DNA of 64,000 nt, taken from Bugula neritina. Its lineage: Eukaryota; Animalia; Bryozoa. The stretch's first letter is position 1. Each line of letters begins with the position of its first letter. Made by a program: the position numbers and the translations under genes. The stretch is taken from contig OZ037768.1 of assembly GCA_964035545.1 (NCBI GenBank), positions 7,100,741 through 7,164,740 of the forward strand, given 5' to 3'. Below, in pieces: positions 50,401 to 61,189 of this stretch. The notes under the pieces were generated by a model. That model was not told the DNA's origin. It saw only the letters and a list, made by a program, of their open reading frames with translations, and searched no databases.

Positions 50401-50461
50401 TTCTTTCAGGACCAGTGGCTATACATCTACTAAATATATATCAAAGCGATTTAACAAATAA
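181..50461 (+). CDS. Giant titin/twitchin-like Ig/FN3 muscle protein; 5'-partial, 70 exons in window, about 8,720 aa, about 42 Ig + 37 FN3 domains, no kinase domain in window
   Basis: Chain of GT-AG exons, mostly phase 1 and 260-305 nt, encoding I-set Ig domains (FxCE...W.K.G...L.I......D.G.Y) and titin-type FN3 domains (P.PP..L....V.L.W..P..DGGS.I..Y.VE...W...Y.FRV.A.N..G). The summed exon length is 26,172 nt, an exact multiple of 3, ending at TAA 50459-50461. The start lies upstream of the window. Confidence 0.95.
983..1066 (+). CDS. Candidate 84-nt cassette exon, acidic linker (VKPIVDNFPTDSDSDTESIPDNSPLVLD)
   Basis: CCCAAG acceptor and G|GTAGGT donor; length is a multiple of 3; phase 1-1 like the flanking Ig exons; stop-free in that frame. 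Confidence 0.55.
1090..1780. promoter_or_regulatory. Intronic cluster of four TCACATGA/TCATGTGA E-boxes and an RFX X-box-like palindrome
   Basis: GTCACATGAC 1090-1099, AGTCATGTGA 1248-1257, GGTCACATGAT 1751-1761 and 1770-1780; GTTGTCATGGCAAC 1526-1539. Confidence 0.35.
8585..8602 (+). CDS. Candidate 12/15/18-nt microexon (VADEKP) with tandem NAGNAGNAG acceptors
   Basis: CAG-TAG-CAG acceptors ending at 8584/8587/8590 and donor C|GTAAGT at 8603; all three lengths preserve frame; TGCATG at 8654 and 9003. Confidence 0.6.
9310..15689 (+). CDS. Super-repeat 1 (Ig x3, FN3 x3, Ig x2, FN3 x2)
   Basis: Exons 9310-9573, 9847-10116, 10516-10748, 11023-11210, 11607-11767, 12120-12422, 13060-13301, 13476-13654, 13771-13949, 14339-14614, 14910-15209, 15387-15689 (2898 nt). 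Confidence 0.9.
11248..11457 (-). mobile_element. tRNA-derived SINE, copy 1 (intronic)
   Basis: Minus strand begins GGGAGCAGCCGTGGTCTAGAGGCTAGAGCGCTGGCTTAGTAAACCCGAGGTCATGGGTTCGATCTC, a tRNA-like head with A and B boxes, followed by a non-tRNA body; colinear similarity to 56533-56737. Confidence 0.8.
12027..12086. repeat. Imperfect (TA)n microsatellite
   Basis: ATAAATATATATATACATAAATATATATATATACATATATATAAATAC... Confidence 0.7.
15975..19627 (+). CDS. Super-repeat 2 (four exons)
   Basis: Exons 15975-17093 (Ig Ig Ig FN), 17336-17638, 17934-18236, 18443-19627 (Ig Ig FN FN); 2910 nt. Confidence 0.92.
19739..23106 (+). CDS. Super-repeat 3
   Basis: Exons 19739-20857 (1119 nt, same length as the first exon of repeat 2), 21060-21362, and the first 1479 nt of the 2604-nt exon 21628-24231. 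Confidence 0.92.
23107..29880 (+). CDS. Super-repeat 4 (hosts the nested gene)
   Basis: Rest of exon 21628-24231, then 24417-24719, 24994-25296, 25589-25876, 26380-26658, 26972-27138, 29191-29326, 29415-29574 and the start of 29745-30102. Confidence 0.9.
27406..28804 (-). CDS. Nested antisense CAP/SCP-domain protein, GAPR-1/GLIPR2-like, 222 aa, 2 coding exons
   Basis: Exon 1 28804-28396 (ATG...CAG|GTAAT) and exon 2 27665-27406 (TTGTAG|...TGA); 669 nt in frame. Motifs NEIRQNHGAPPL, FEHS, GENL, WYKELENYKF, QFTQLVWKET, VVAQYYPGGN, FKENV match the GAPR-1-type CAP domain; N-terminus MGC. Confidence 0.9.
29881..35165 (+). CDS. Super-repeat 5
   Basis: Rest of 29745-30102, then 30220-30339, 30715-30906, 31081-31440, 31761-31986, 32089-32388, 32524-32823, 32983-33270, 33594-33863, 34230-34532, 34863-35165. 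Confidence 0.9.
35316..41288 (+). CDS. Super-repeat 6
   Basis: Exons 35316-35585, 36014-36283, 36565-37149, 37350-37652, 37757-38062, 38424-38711, 39485-39769, 39876-40178, 40401-40552, 41141-41288 (2910 nt). Confidence 0.9.
39073..39096 (+). CDS. Candidate 24-nt microexon (DKDKNKRT) between two Ig domains
   Basis: TATTAG acceptor and CAG|GTAACG donor; phase 1-1; stop-free; TGCATG at 39345 and 39375. Confidence 0.6.
41540..43514 (+). CDS. FN3-Ig-Ig-FN3 module after the super-repeats
   Basis: Exons 41540-41839, 41996-42280, 42696-42965, 43212-43514. Confidence 0.9.
44212..47478 (+). CDS. 3267-nt exon: 1089-aa basic, Pro/Arg/Ser-rich non-globular insert with internal motif repeats
   Basis: Long stop-free ORF with TTTGCAG acceptor and A|GTGAGT donor, phase 1-1, in frame with the flanking FN3 exons; no Ig, FN3 or kinase motifs. 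Confidence 0.85.
47788..50461 (+). CDS. C-terminal three FN3 domains and Ser/Arg-rich tail
   Basis: Exons 47788-48062, 48780-49098, 49544-49840, 50310-50461 (GTRSSSRDASSLSSRSVTEYDTSSRPPVPSSSFRTSGYTSTKYISKRFNK*). Confidence 0.82.
49936..50140. mobile_element. 205-bp MITE, Tc1/mariner/pogo type (TA TSD)
   Basis: TA-CAGTGCTCCCTCCGTATCTCAC ... GTGAGATATGGAGGGAGCACTG-TA: 22-bp TIRs with 1 mismatch, flanked by TA, no ORF. Confidence 0.88.
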
Positions 50462-51092
50462 CACTTACAAATATATTTTTCTCTATATATTTACCATACA
50501 AAACTTTATAAACATTATATGATATTTTATCCCTTTTTAATTATAAAGCAGAATTAGAATATTTTTAAGAAACCCAGAAAGCACAATATTTTTTTTCTTT
50601 TCATGTTTAGCTCGTACTATTCTACACACACTTTTATTTTTTGCCGTAACGACAGCGATGGGGAAAGTAGCGTGTATATGACGGTGTGACTCACCTGATG
50701 ACTGAATACTTTTCATGATCCTCAAGAGAGATGCTGTCTCTTTGTATGATTGTCGCTGCCTGCTAGTCACACTGATGCTGCCGGTCATCTGAGACAGAGG
50801 ACTGCGTGTCCGTTATGTATGAATCTGTACAAAGTGTCAGAGGAAGTCTGTCTAAGAAGATGGCTGATTATATATGATGTGTGACTCGGCACCTGGTACA
50901 GCGAATGAATGAGGAAACGACTGAAGATGTCATTTACAGTCACATGTTGCTGAAACCCACTAACTTTCTTTTATTTTTATCTTCATCTCTCACTTCAATT
51001 AGTGCAATCAATGTACTCTGATATTTTTATCTATCAGTTTTTTGCCATACATAAAATATTGCTCCATATAAAATAATTCTATTTATATATGT

Positions 51093-51098
51093 AATAAA
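51093..51098 (+). terminator. Candidate polyadenylation signal of the titin-like gene
   Basis: AATAAA about 630 nt after the stop and followed by T-rich sequence; such hexamers are common by chance in this AT-rich DNA. Confidence 0.3.
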
Positions 51099-52009
51099 CG
51101 ACTATTTATATATTATTCCTTGTACTATAATTTTTAAATTCGTTATTATAAGGTTTTTAAAATGGCTCATTTAAACATCAGCTAAGCTCAAGCTTTTAGA
51201 CCTCAAAAAAGCAGCTCTGGTTACTTCATGGCATAATATTACTTTGCTGTAGCTTTTTTTATTCATTCAACACACTGAGTCTTCCAGGCTCTTAAAGCTC
51301 CTTTGAGTAATATCAATAGCATATTATGTAGGAGAAGTAAAAGCACAAAGGTATGCACCTGGGAACTTGATAACATTACGTCTAGCAGCTTTGCTCACCT
51401 ATTGATGATCAAACTGCCAACTTTTGATACAATTACTTTTAGTCCTATTCAATCCTGGTTCCCAAGTCATCTCTGATTCAGTAGTTTTAAAATTTGGTTT
51501 TGACTTCTGGGGAAAGCAAAATGAGACTAGTGAAAACTTTGCATAATAATTTGTGAAGTAAACCCATATAGGTGTGTGCATACAACAAATAAGATACATG
51601 CTGGCTAGTCCATCTGAAAATAAAAACGTTTGTTTATATATTATTTAAAAACATGATTGTAACATAGGAATTTTCTCTGCCATCTGATTAGAGATGAGTA
51701 AAAATATAGCTCGTCTCACATGCAAACTCTGCTTGCAAAGCTACCAAATAAATATAACACTACAGAAAGAAGCCATTAAGTGTTATTGGCAACGTTACAA
51801 TAAAAGAATAGCTACTTCTAAACTGTTTGGTTTGTGTATTCTACTAGACATCTGCATTATCACACTGCAGTTTCACTGATTTGACCTTTTACTAAAGAGA
51901 ACTCATTGAAAGGTGACAATAAAATAAATACTGGATTCTGACATTTGCAAGCTATCTTGTGCTTGTCATTGTTTTTATATACAAACTTGACATCAACCAA
52001 GAAATCAAC

Positions 52010-54926
52010 ATGGCTGCTATTACAGGTAAGATACCATAATAGATTCTAAAAGGTTTCCACTTGAAATAAGAACTGTTATAAAACTGAAATGCCAGCATTA
52101 ATGACTAATAGCTGGACAATGTTTTAGCCTGACATGAATTAATGATTCAGAAATTTTTAGAATTCAAGCATGAAGAAGGTCATCCATTAACACTCTCTCC
52201 AGAAATATTGAAAGCATGGAGAACTGATGGTGTTATTATTGCAAGGTACTAAATGCATTTTTAATTGAAATTGTTAGTCTAAACACTTATTTAAGGTATA
52301 TGCTGTGCGGTAAAATCGTTAAAAGTTGGTTGAAACTTTGTTATAAGGGAGCATTTCTACAAAAAATAGAGGTAGTGCAAAAAATGCAAGTGTTATGCTG
52401 CAGTTCTTGTTGAATTATTGACATGTTGCCCCTGTTACTTACAAAAACAAACTTTTATTACATGTATGCATTGCTGATGAAATACTAGTTTGCATGCAAG
52501 TACATTTCACACTTTTATGACTAGCTTATATGCTTAGCTGCAAACCATGCAAGAATAACTTTACAAAAATACTTGGTTTATTCTTTTACAGAAACCTGCT
52601 GCTTCCAAATGAAGTTGAGAAACTTAAATTGAATCTGGAGTGTGAAGCATTACAAAGATTTGCATATGAGGTGCTTATAAACTTTAAATTTTAGGCTCGC
52701 ATGTTTAGATGCAATTGTTCTGTGAGGGTATAGTAAATGCTGCCAGGTTGTTTCATCAGAATATTGAGGCAGCAACATTAGCTTGTCATTTTGCTCTACA
52801 ATTCTTGCTCTAACTGATCAGTGGCTATTTTGGTTGATTACATTCATGTTTGCAAAACGACTATGTCTCTAAAGTAAGAGGTAAAACCAAGCACCACACT
52901 AGCATAGTTCTTGGGAGATTCTGGTGAATCCAATAGATTATCATTCACATTCAAAGGGCTTTCATGCAGAAACATAACATTTTACAACTGTTTAGCCAGT
53001 TATTTAAACTACTATATAAGATTACCATGCCAAAAATCCATACAACATTAGAACAAGTAAAATGTTTTAAAACATCCAGGAAAGAGTTGCCGTTAGCCAA
53101 ACCAGTATTAATTATAGAAGAGCTGAATATACACTCTTACTGTAAGAACAAAGGTGTTGGTGGTGCTGAGGTATCTTCAAAAACATGTAATATTTTTTAG
53201 AACATATAATACAAAATGTTGTCAATTCTAATTATATATTTTTAATTCACTTGCTATAATACAAGACAGATGATGGAACTGGACTTACAAAGAGCAGGTT
53301 TGTTCTGTGGAACCAGCCAGGCAGGGATGTCTCTGGTGTTATTGCTAGAAGTGAAAAAGTAGTACACACCGCAGAACAGGTTGGTGAAAAACTTGCTATC
53401 CAAAACTTATCTAGAGACTAAAAATACACTAGAAAGCATTCCAGAAGGTGCCATGATGGCATATTTCATAATTACTGGACACTGTTGCAGGAGCTTTTTT
53501 GTTGTAGCTTTGAGAAAAGTATTGTGTGATGAAAGCTGTTTGTGAAAGCTTTTGCAATAGCTTTTTACTAATAGTTTTTAAGTCAGTTTAGCTCATTTTT
53601 CCTCATGGTAAAGATGCAGGCAACTTAAACTTTATTGCCCAAATAATTGTTACGGTTTGAGTTTTGTGAGAGAAATAAACTTTTAGCATTAGACAAAAAG
53701 TACAGTTGTGGCCTGCATTTGTGCATCTGTGCAACCAGCATACAGCATCCGTGCTACACATAAGCATTCGTGCCACTCAGACACAGACACCTAAAGCATT
53801 ATTCCTTAGCGTAATAAACTTATAAAGATTTTAGGCGAGGAGGTGTTTCATTATCATAGCAAACTGGTTGCTAAACAGCCACACACTGGTGGAGTATTTC
53901 AATGGCACCAAGACTATGGCTACTGGTATAAAAATGGCCATCTCACTCCTGACATGTGCACAGTGTTTATTGCTGTTGACAGATGTGACACAGAAAATGG
54001 ATGTATTGAGGTACTACGTGGTGATTACTGAAAAAGCCATGCTTCATCATACCTATAATGTTTACTATGTATTCTCCTGCTATTATTTTTGTAGGTAATG
54101 CCAGGTTCACACAGATGTGGCCGAGTTGATCACGAGCCAATAGGAGGCCAGCAAGCTGCAAACTCTAAACGAGTTGAGTTGTTGAAAACTCGATTTCCTA
54201 CGATACCAGTTGTTTTGAACTCTGGTAACTTGCATACAGTTTAGTTGAGAGCTTATTTTCAATTTTCAGTATATTTTTGGATTCAATAATTATTAATAAC
54301 AAAATTTGTAAAAGCTTATTAGCACTGTGGTCCGTTCACAATAGGAAACAAAGTTTCAAGAGCATTTAAATTATAAATTAACAGCACATTATTGCATCAC
54401 TACTTGATGTCTGCACGCATCATGTACATGTTATTGTGAAAAAAGCTGAATTGACTAGACATGGCAGATATAGTGTTCCCTTTTCTATTCTACAGGAGAT
54501 GCTGTGTTTTTCCACTGTAACATTTTGCACAAGAGTAATGCTAACAGAAGTAATCGTAGGCGATGGGCCTATCTTATAGCTTACAACACAAAAACGAATT
54601 CCTCTCCTATAAAACACCACTGCAGCCAATATGTACCAATTGATGTTGTGAGTAACACAGCCATCTTATGCAGCAATCAAATATAACCTAACCTACCAAT
54701 GTTTTAATTACAGGTACATAAATAGAATTTTAACTATAAAAAGTTCATTGAATACATTAGAATATCTTTTTATAATTTAGTTTTTATATTTTAGGTTCCA
54801 GATATAGAGATAAAGAAGTGTGTTAATATCAGCGATTTGACTGGGAAGGAGTTTATGGACGTAAGAGATGACAAGACAATAGTTGCACCTTACTATGTCA
54901 GTCACCCAACTCAATACAAAGTGTAG
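52010..54926 (+). CDS. PhyH-family Fe(II)/2-oxoglutarate dioxygenase (L-proline trans-4-hydroxylase/ectoine hydroxylase-like), copy 1, 296 aa, 8 exons
   Basis: Exons 52010-52025, 52161-52245, 52592-52670, 53266-53379, 53828-54010, 54095-54224, 54496-54647, 54795-54926 (891 nt). Motifs WHQDYGYWY (HxD), ENGCIEVMPGSH, GDAVFFHCNILHKSNANRSNRRR (distal His and 2OG-binding Arg). The first six exon sizes equal those of the paralog. Confidence 0.9.
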
Positions 54927-56532
54927 AAAATCTTCCCTCATCTTGATCCTTCAAAGTTTATTTTTGCAATATTTAAACATATAAATATTTTATGTAGTCA
55001 ATCTTCCCCTTACCACATCTGAACATTTATCGAAGGCGGTAAAGTTATTTGAGTTGTTTCTCCAACACTTTGGTTGAGAGCTTTATATATTTCACTTTTT
55101 GAAAAAATTGTGCTTTTTGGTGCAAAATTATTTACTTATATCACAAATAACAAATGAACATTTGAAAAGATAAACAATATGTCATTGTTGCAAACTTTTT
55201 ATAACATATTCATAGTTAATATCTTCAAAGTCAAACAAGAAGTAAACTATATACTTCTGCTTTTTTATTACTTGCAACTATCCACACCTGTTGCCAAGTG
55301 TGATGCTACAATTTGTCGCGGCATGATGGTTGGTACATGAGTTACTACTTTGTCTTTCTGCAATGTGTAATATAATTGACAATGCCGACACAAAAATGTA
55401 ACTATTTTTGTAGCTGAAGCTTATTAGCTATATAGCAAGGATTTTTAGAAACTTTTATTCAGTTACCTCTTTCTTAGTCTGCATTGTCACTGCAAGTTTG
55501 TTAGCTATCATGGCTGCTCATTATAATAAATATTGGTGTTCCTTGTTTAGCTGCTTTGCAGCTAAACAAATAAACAAACAAATTATTATATTATTACAAG
55601 AATATTATTGTTTGTGCAGCTTCTGATTGGTAGAAAAGGTGGTGTCATCTCAGATAGACGCTATTTATTTATTTTGATACAATATATATTTTATGTGCAA
55701 TTTATTTGAATATTTTTTAAATATATGTATATTTAAATAAATTTGGAACAATTGTTTGTTATTTAGCACATAAACAAATTCCTTTGATCTGCATTAACTT
55801 ATTAATTTTACATTTTCTATACTTCTTGTTGTTTGAAAAAATATTTTGTTAGTAAGTATTTATTAAAAATAATGTCTATTATTAATGTATCACTGTTTTC
55901 GTCCCCCACAAATCTATGAAAATTAGAATATTATTCCAGATAATTCATGTTAGCTATTATAGCTATTAGCATATTAGCTATTTAGCAATCAATTTAACAG
56001 TTATATAGGTATATGTAGGCATATTAGTATTACTGTATTATATGGTAGGCTAACAAAATAGAAAATAGCGTCTAACTGGGATGAAACCGACAAGACCAGT
56101 AACCTGATTTAGACTATCAAAATGTGGTAATTATTATAAATTCAGTTCTGTGTAATTTACTTTAACTCAACTTCGTAACATGATGTGATTAGGTTTTCTG
56201 TAGTATGCCAATATTATTGTGTTTTTTTAGTTTTTAGCTTTCAGCTAAATGCAGCCCAACACTATACAACTAACTATATTCCTATTGTATTCGTAACAAC
56301 CCACAGGTCTTTCTACGGCTGACTACAGATATCCATGCTATTTTGTTTAGCTGTTTAGGCAACAACAATCTAATTACACAATATGTATATGCTAGAATCT
56401 AGATTATATAATCAATAAAGATAACATTTCACCTGGTCTGCAGTCACACTGTTGGCTGAATTAGTGGATACTCAAATAATTCCTAGTGGAAGAGAGAGCT
56501 GTGTTTTTATACATACTTGTGTCAGCAAAGAG

Positions 56533-56737
56533 GCAAGTTTATAGTCGCTATCCCTGTGAGAAACCCCTGATGGAAAGGGTTTTTGTTAAAGCGGGCTCAG
56601 GACTTAGATAAATGATGCACAGGAGCAATTATGACTGGATGCTTTTCCTAACATCATCGATGGCCTTTGTCCGGCTCGAACCCATGACCTCGTGTTTACT
56701 AAGCAAACATTCTAACCCCTAGACCACGGCTACTTCC
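56533..56737 (-). mobile_element. tRNA-derived SINE, copy 2
   Basis: Minus strand GGAAGTAGCCGTGGTCTAGGGGTTAGAATGTTTGCTTAGTAAACACGAGGTCATGGGTTCGAGCC (A and B boxes); body aligns with 11248-11457. Confidence 0.8.
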
Positions 56738-57900
56738 TGGGCAGTTTATGATATAATAAAATGTAGAGTGGGCAGAGGAAATAGAGCTGGTTCGGTCTCC
56801 TCTGTCTTTCAGGTTACCTGCAGAAATATTATGCAAAATAATTACCTGCAGAAGTATTATCTAGAATGACTGTCATGAGCGATTAGCTTGTCCAATGAAT
56901 GTCTGCAACCCACCTCACCTAAAGCTGCTTATATATTATTTTTTACACTTGAACTAATTTTCATATTGCTAATTTCTATAGGATCCAAAAATCTGTTTGC
57001 ATTTCAAAGTTTGCTACATGTTGCAATGCGATGTATGTTTTACTCTGTTTGCCTTAGAACTCAGTATAACATCTACACGACATCCTATGTCATCTGTGAC
57101 TGCTATAGACTACCAATTTCATACGGTAGAGAAAGCAAATATAGCAGAATCTATATTTTGTCAAATTTTAAAGTTTTGTATAGAACAGCTGTGACCCACC
57201 AACATGTAGCATAGTGTTATATAATAATATATTGTGAAATATGACGTACATGGTACTTTCACATCTGTAATATGTGCACATGCAGCACATGTTTACATAA
57301 AAGTTTTAATGCCAGTAAATAAAATAAGTTTCAATGACACTGAAATAGGATTTATAGAACTACTTACCTCATACAATGGTTTTGTGTTGGCAAGCTACGC
57401 ATGCAATTGTTTGTGTATATTCTTACAAATTACCAGTTGCAAATAAAGAAAACCCTATTGATATATTATCTTATAAATACTCAGACTTTTAAAGCAAATT
57501 CAACACATTCCTAATAAAATACACATCTCCTTTTGAGTAGCAATTTAAAAGCATAAAGTGAAGCACTGGGTTACATAGCTTTTAAAGGAAACAACTTCTC
57601 AAAAAACATATTTAATGTGAAAACAAAACAATACATCCTAAACAATTGCAAAAACCATTGTATTGTAAACAGTAATATATAAAACAATCAGTGTAGAGGT
57701 TAATTGCAACAATAAGACACTAAATTTCCTTATATAGTTTGTACCTTCTTCCCAACAATCAAACTATTGCCATTATTATTAGATTATTTAAATTAGACAA
57801 AATGGAGGTTCTAAGAGATATTTATTATTTCAGTATTCCTTTATTGCAAACGATATGTGTACTTTTATTACCTTTTTGCATCTACTGCTTGATTATGAAG

Positions 57901-59356
57901 ATGGGTGCTGCAGAGACTTTTGTGTACCCGTAAGTTGATTTGATTATTTTTGAGATAATTGAAGTCAATAGGCTTTATTGATCATTTAATATTTATTTAT
58001 AATTTAAGAAACAACTTATTGTATTGAGTGCATGTCTCCACTATCGAGCAATTAAGCCTTTAAGTATGAAAGACATTTTAAGTGGGTTAAGCCTTAGACC
58101 ATGCTTGCAACATGTTCTGGGAGTTCTTACTGTAGCTCAGGAGTAATTGTGCTCAGATACTCTTCCTGGCATCAATATAGACCTTAAATACTATAGGCTA
58201 GCTACAGCTGCTACCTCCATCTATTAATGTAGTATTATCGATAGTTTTAAGAGTATAGTCTCTTACTTTATGAATGCTGTATATTTCAACTGTAAAAAGT
58301 TACTGAGCAAACATGTAGCATTGCAACTTCAGCTAAGTAGACATAAGCTAAGTGTAAATAATACTTTTTAGATTGACAAGTCATGGATCTGCTGGGGTGA
58401 TAGGAGATGAGGTGGTAGAGAAGGATGATGATAACTTTAAGGAGAGAGAAGATAATGAAACAGAAAGAAGTAAGAGTAAGAGAGGACTCATTGAGACAAA
58501 GCCAAGGGAGGGAGAAAAGGAAAATGGGAAGCAGGACAAAATGAATTTGAAGAGCACTGATGAAGGAGGGACAGTGAAAGTAAGAGAGAATGGTAATGCT
58601 AAAGACAGGCTTGCTCAAAAAGATACTGAAGTTGCAATTGAGAAAGTAGTGGCTGAGAAGGAGAATAAAGCAAAGCTAGATGATGGGGCCGTTGAGAAAG
58701 GAAGGCGTGAAAAGATATACGAGGAGGGAGTGAATTATGAAATCAAAGAAGTGAAGGATAAAAGTGAAGTTTTAAATAAGGAGAAAGTTGACTTGGAGAA
58801 AGACGAAGATAAGCAGAATGGCAAAATAATAATGGAAGTAGAAATTGGTAAGGAAATTGTGGAGAAAGAAGTGACGGAGCAGACCATTGGAAAAGCTGAT
58901 ATGGCAGCAGTTGAAAATGTAAACAAGCTAGAGCTTCCTGGAAATGTACCAGCAGTGAAGAAAGTAGAAACTGAACAGGCAGAAGGTGATAGAGCTATGG
59001 CAGAAGTCAGTGGTATTGAGAAAGGAGAGGAGGGTAACAGAATGATAAAGAGAGCTAATGAACCTGAGTTGGCAGCTGAAGAGGAAATCAATACTAATGT
59101 ATATAATAATGGTGAGTTAGTGCTCAACATAGATACATACACCTTATTGTCTTTATTTAGCACCTCAAGATTATTTAATATCTTGTTGTACAATGATTGG
59201 CCTGTGCTGTATAAAGTATGACGACTATAAGCAACACTGACAACCCTTTCTGTTGTAGGAGAAAGAGTGGCTGAAGAGAGCAGCTCTCAAAGAAGCAGAT
59301 TCGCAAGATTTATGCGAAGGATATGCTGTTGTTGCGCCCCAGAGAGAGACGAATAA
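57901..59356 (+). CDS. Uncharacterised Glu/Lys-rich disordered protein with C-terminal basic segment and CCCC; about 288 aa from ATG 57901 or 321 aa from ATG 57802 (start uncertain)
   Basis: Exons ...57929 (CC|GTAAGT, phase 2), 58372-59111 (purine-rich, stop-free, G|GTGAGT) and 59259-59356 (ERVAEESSSQRSRFARFMRRICCCCAPERDE*); phases all compatible; AATAAA at 59412 and 59462. Confidence 0.72.
58135..58185 (-). mobile_element. Degenerate fragment of the same SINE body
   Basis: GCTCAGGAGTAATTGTGCTCAGATACTCTTCCTGGCATCA resembles GCACAGGAGCAATTATGACTGGATGCTTTTCCTAACATCA of SINE copy 2. Confidence 0.4.
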
Positions 59357-60305
59357 ATTCTGTGTGCGTCAATGTGTATCTATAATCTATTTTTGTTAAT
59401 ATGTTAATTATAATAAACATATACATTATAATACAATGTATATTATGCTAACTATTTTTTTAATAAAATGCAGAAAATATGATCATCACCGTGAATGTTT
59501 ACTGTTTATTGGCAATGGACACTATGGTAGTATGCAATAAAAATAACATATCATGAATAGAGTACATGAAATATTTAAAAAGTTGATATGATTATGTCTA
59601 TGTACGAATAATTCTGTTTAAAGAAATAAGCCAAGTTGTCATAACAATCTAATCAATTCTGCTCTCGCTATACTAACTATAGTATTGAAATCACAGCCTA
59701 TGAGAGACCTCAAGTATTTTCGCACTTTACCCCACACATTGGGGGGATAATTTGGACTGGCAATACCTGCAAAGCAATATTACATATTTTATTACAATAA
59801 AATGAGATTAGTAGATAATAATTACATATAAAACTTTATGAGATGGCTGCTGAGAACAATTAGTACACTGTAATTGGGCAGCTTTAGGTTCCAGAAATTG
59901 TATATTTATAATTGATGGGACAACTCTTAAAATAGAAACGGTACTTAGCTTGTATCTACAGCAGTTTTAAAAAAATGCTGCCCAACTATAGCTGAACACT
60001 GTTGCTAATTAACAATTTAAAGTAATGCTTGAAACATCAAGTGCCTCCAAGTACCTCCAAACACTTTAGGACCAAAGGCTTTACTTACCAGACAATATCT
60101 TAGCAACATCTCTACCAGTAAAATCATAGTCAGAGCTGTACGTGCCAATGAAACTGGAGACTTGGGAAAGTATTAATTCTTTTCCCTGAATGTCTAAAGT
60201 CTACAACATACCAACATAATATTCATATGCAAGATGCAATTATTATATACTGTATATTTTGTAACAAAGTTTTGTATAATATAATTTCACACCTAGAGTC
60301 TAGAC

Positions 60306-60648
60306 CAGTGCTGTCCAACAGGCCACCCCAGAGCCAGATGTGGCTCTAGCCTACATTTATGTGGCCCTCAAAGGCATAAAACTAAAATTATTTTTTTACA
60401 GTATACATGAATTAGATAGAAAAACCATTTTTTAAATGTCTTTTTTATACACATGCTATAAAACATGGAGCCTGCATTGACTATTGGGACTTCATTGTGC
60501 AATGATTCATAAGAATTTGGAATAAAATAATTTGAAAAATACTGTCGCTGTGGCCCCCAGCTCAAGCTGCAGAAGTTTACAATGTGGCCCTCACCACCGA
60601 AATATTCCCTTTCAGTGGCCCTCACTCTGAAAAGGTTGGACACTCCTA
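60306..60648. mobile_element. 343-bp non-autonomous hAT (Charlie-like) element
   Basis: Ends CAGTGCTGTCCAAC ... GTTGGACACTCCTA; 8-bp flanks GTCTAGAC / TTCTAGAT (NTCTAGAN pattern); repeated subterminal TGGCCC motifs. Confidence 0.8.
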
Positions 60649-61189
60649 TTCTAGATTATATAATTTATAATGCATCTGTTCACTTTAATGTTTGCTGAGA
60701 GAAGCAAGTGACATTTTCTGCTAAATGTGAAGACAGTGTTTACAAAACTTATAAATCACCTCCCTGCACAGATATCCAACTCATCAGTTTCATTATACAG
60801 TGATGCCTTTGCAACAGCCAAGGAAAAATTGCAGTATCAGTCTTTGTTATACCAGCTGTTACTAAATTTTGAATTTTTTACTTTGTATCCTATGCAGCTA
60901 AATCTAACTTTTGACATATTGCATAGCATTGCATAGCCTAGTTGTAGCTTGTATACTCATGATCCGTAAATTAATTCATTGTTTGTTATAGAATTTCAAA
61001 GTTTGACAGCTGTTATAGGTTAGATTATTGCATTTGACATTGACAGCTTGGAATGTCATGTTACATATACCACAGCAGTTGAATGAATGCAGAACTGCGA
61101 ACCTGGCAAGATTTAGAGCAATGTTGCCAATAATAATATGCTCTGTTTCATTTGCTGTATAACCTGCAAGCTACCTGCATAGTCCTACT

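Noticed and set aside
50537-50788. Minus-strand 83-aa ORF behind the titin-like stop
   Set aside because: No recognisable motif, and it runs into low-complexity A-rich sequence; more likely 3'UTR of the + strand gene.
55543-55569. Perfect 12-bp hairpin TTGTTTAGCTGC-TTT-GCAGCTAAACAA
   Set aside because: Single occurrence, too short for a pre-miRNA, and no Helitron CTRR end nearby; no function can be supported.
60368-60643. 91-aa ORF as a transposase remnant
   Set aside because: It lies inside the 343-bp MITE and has no transposase motifs.
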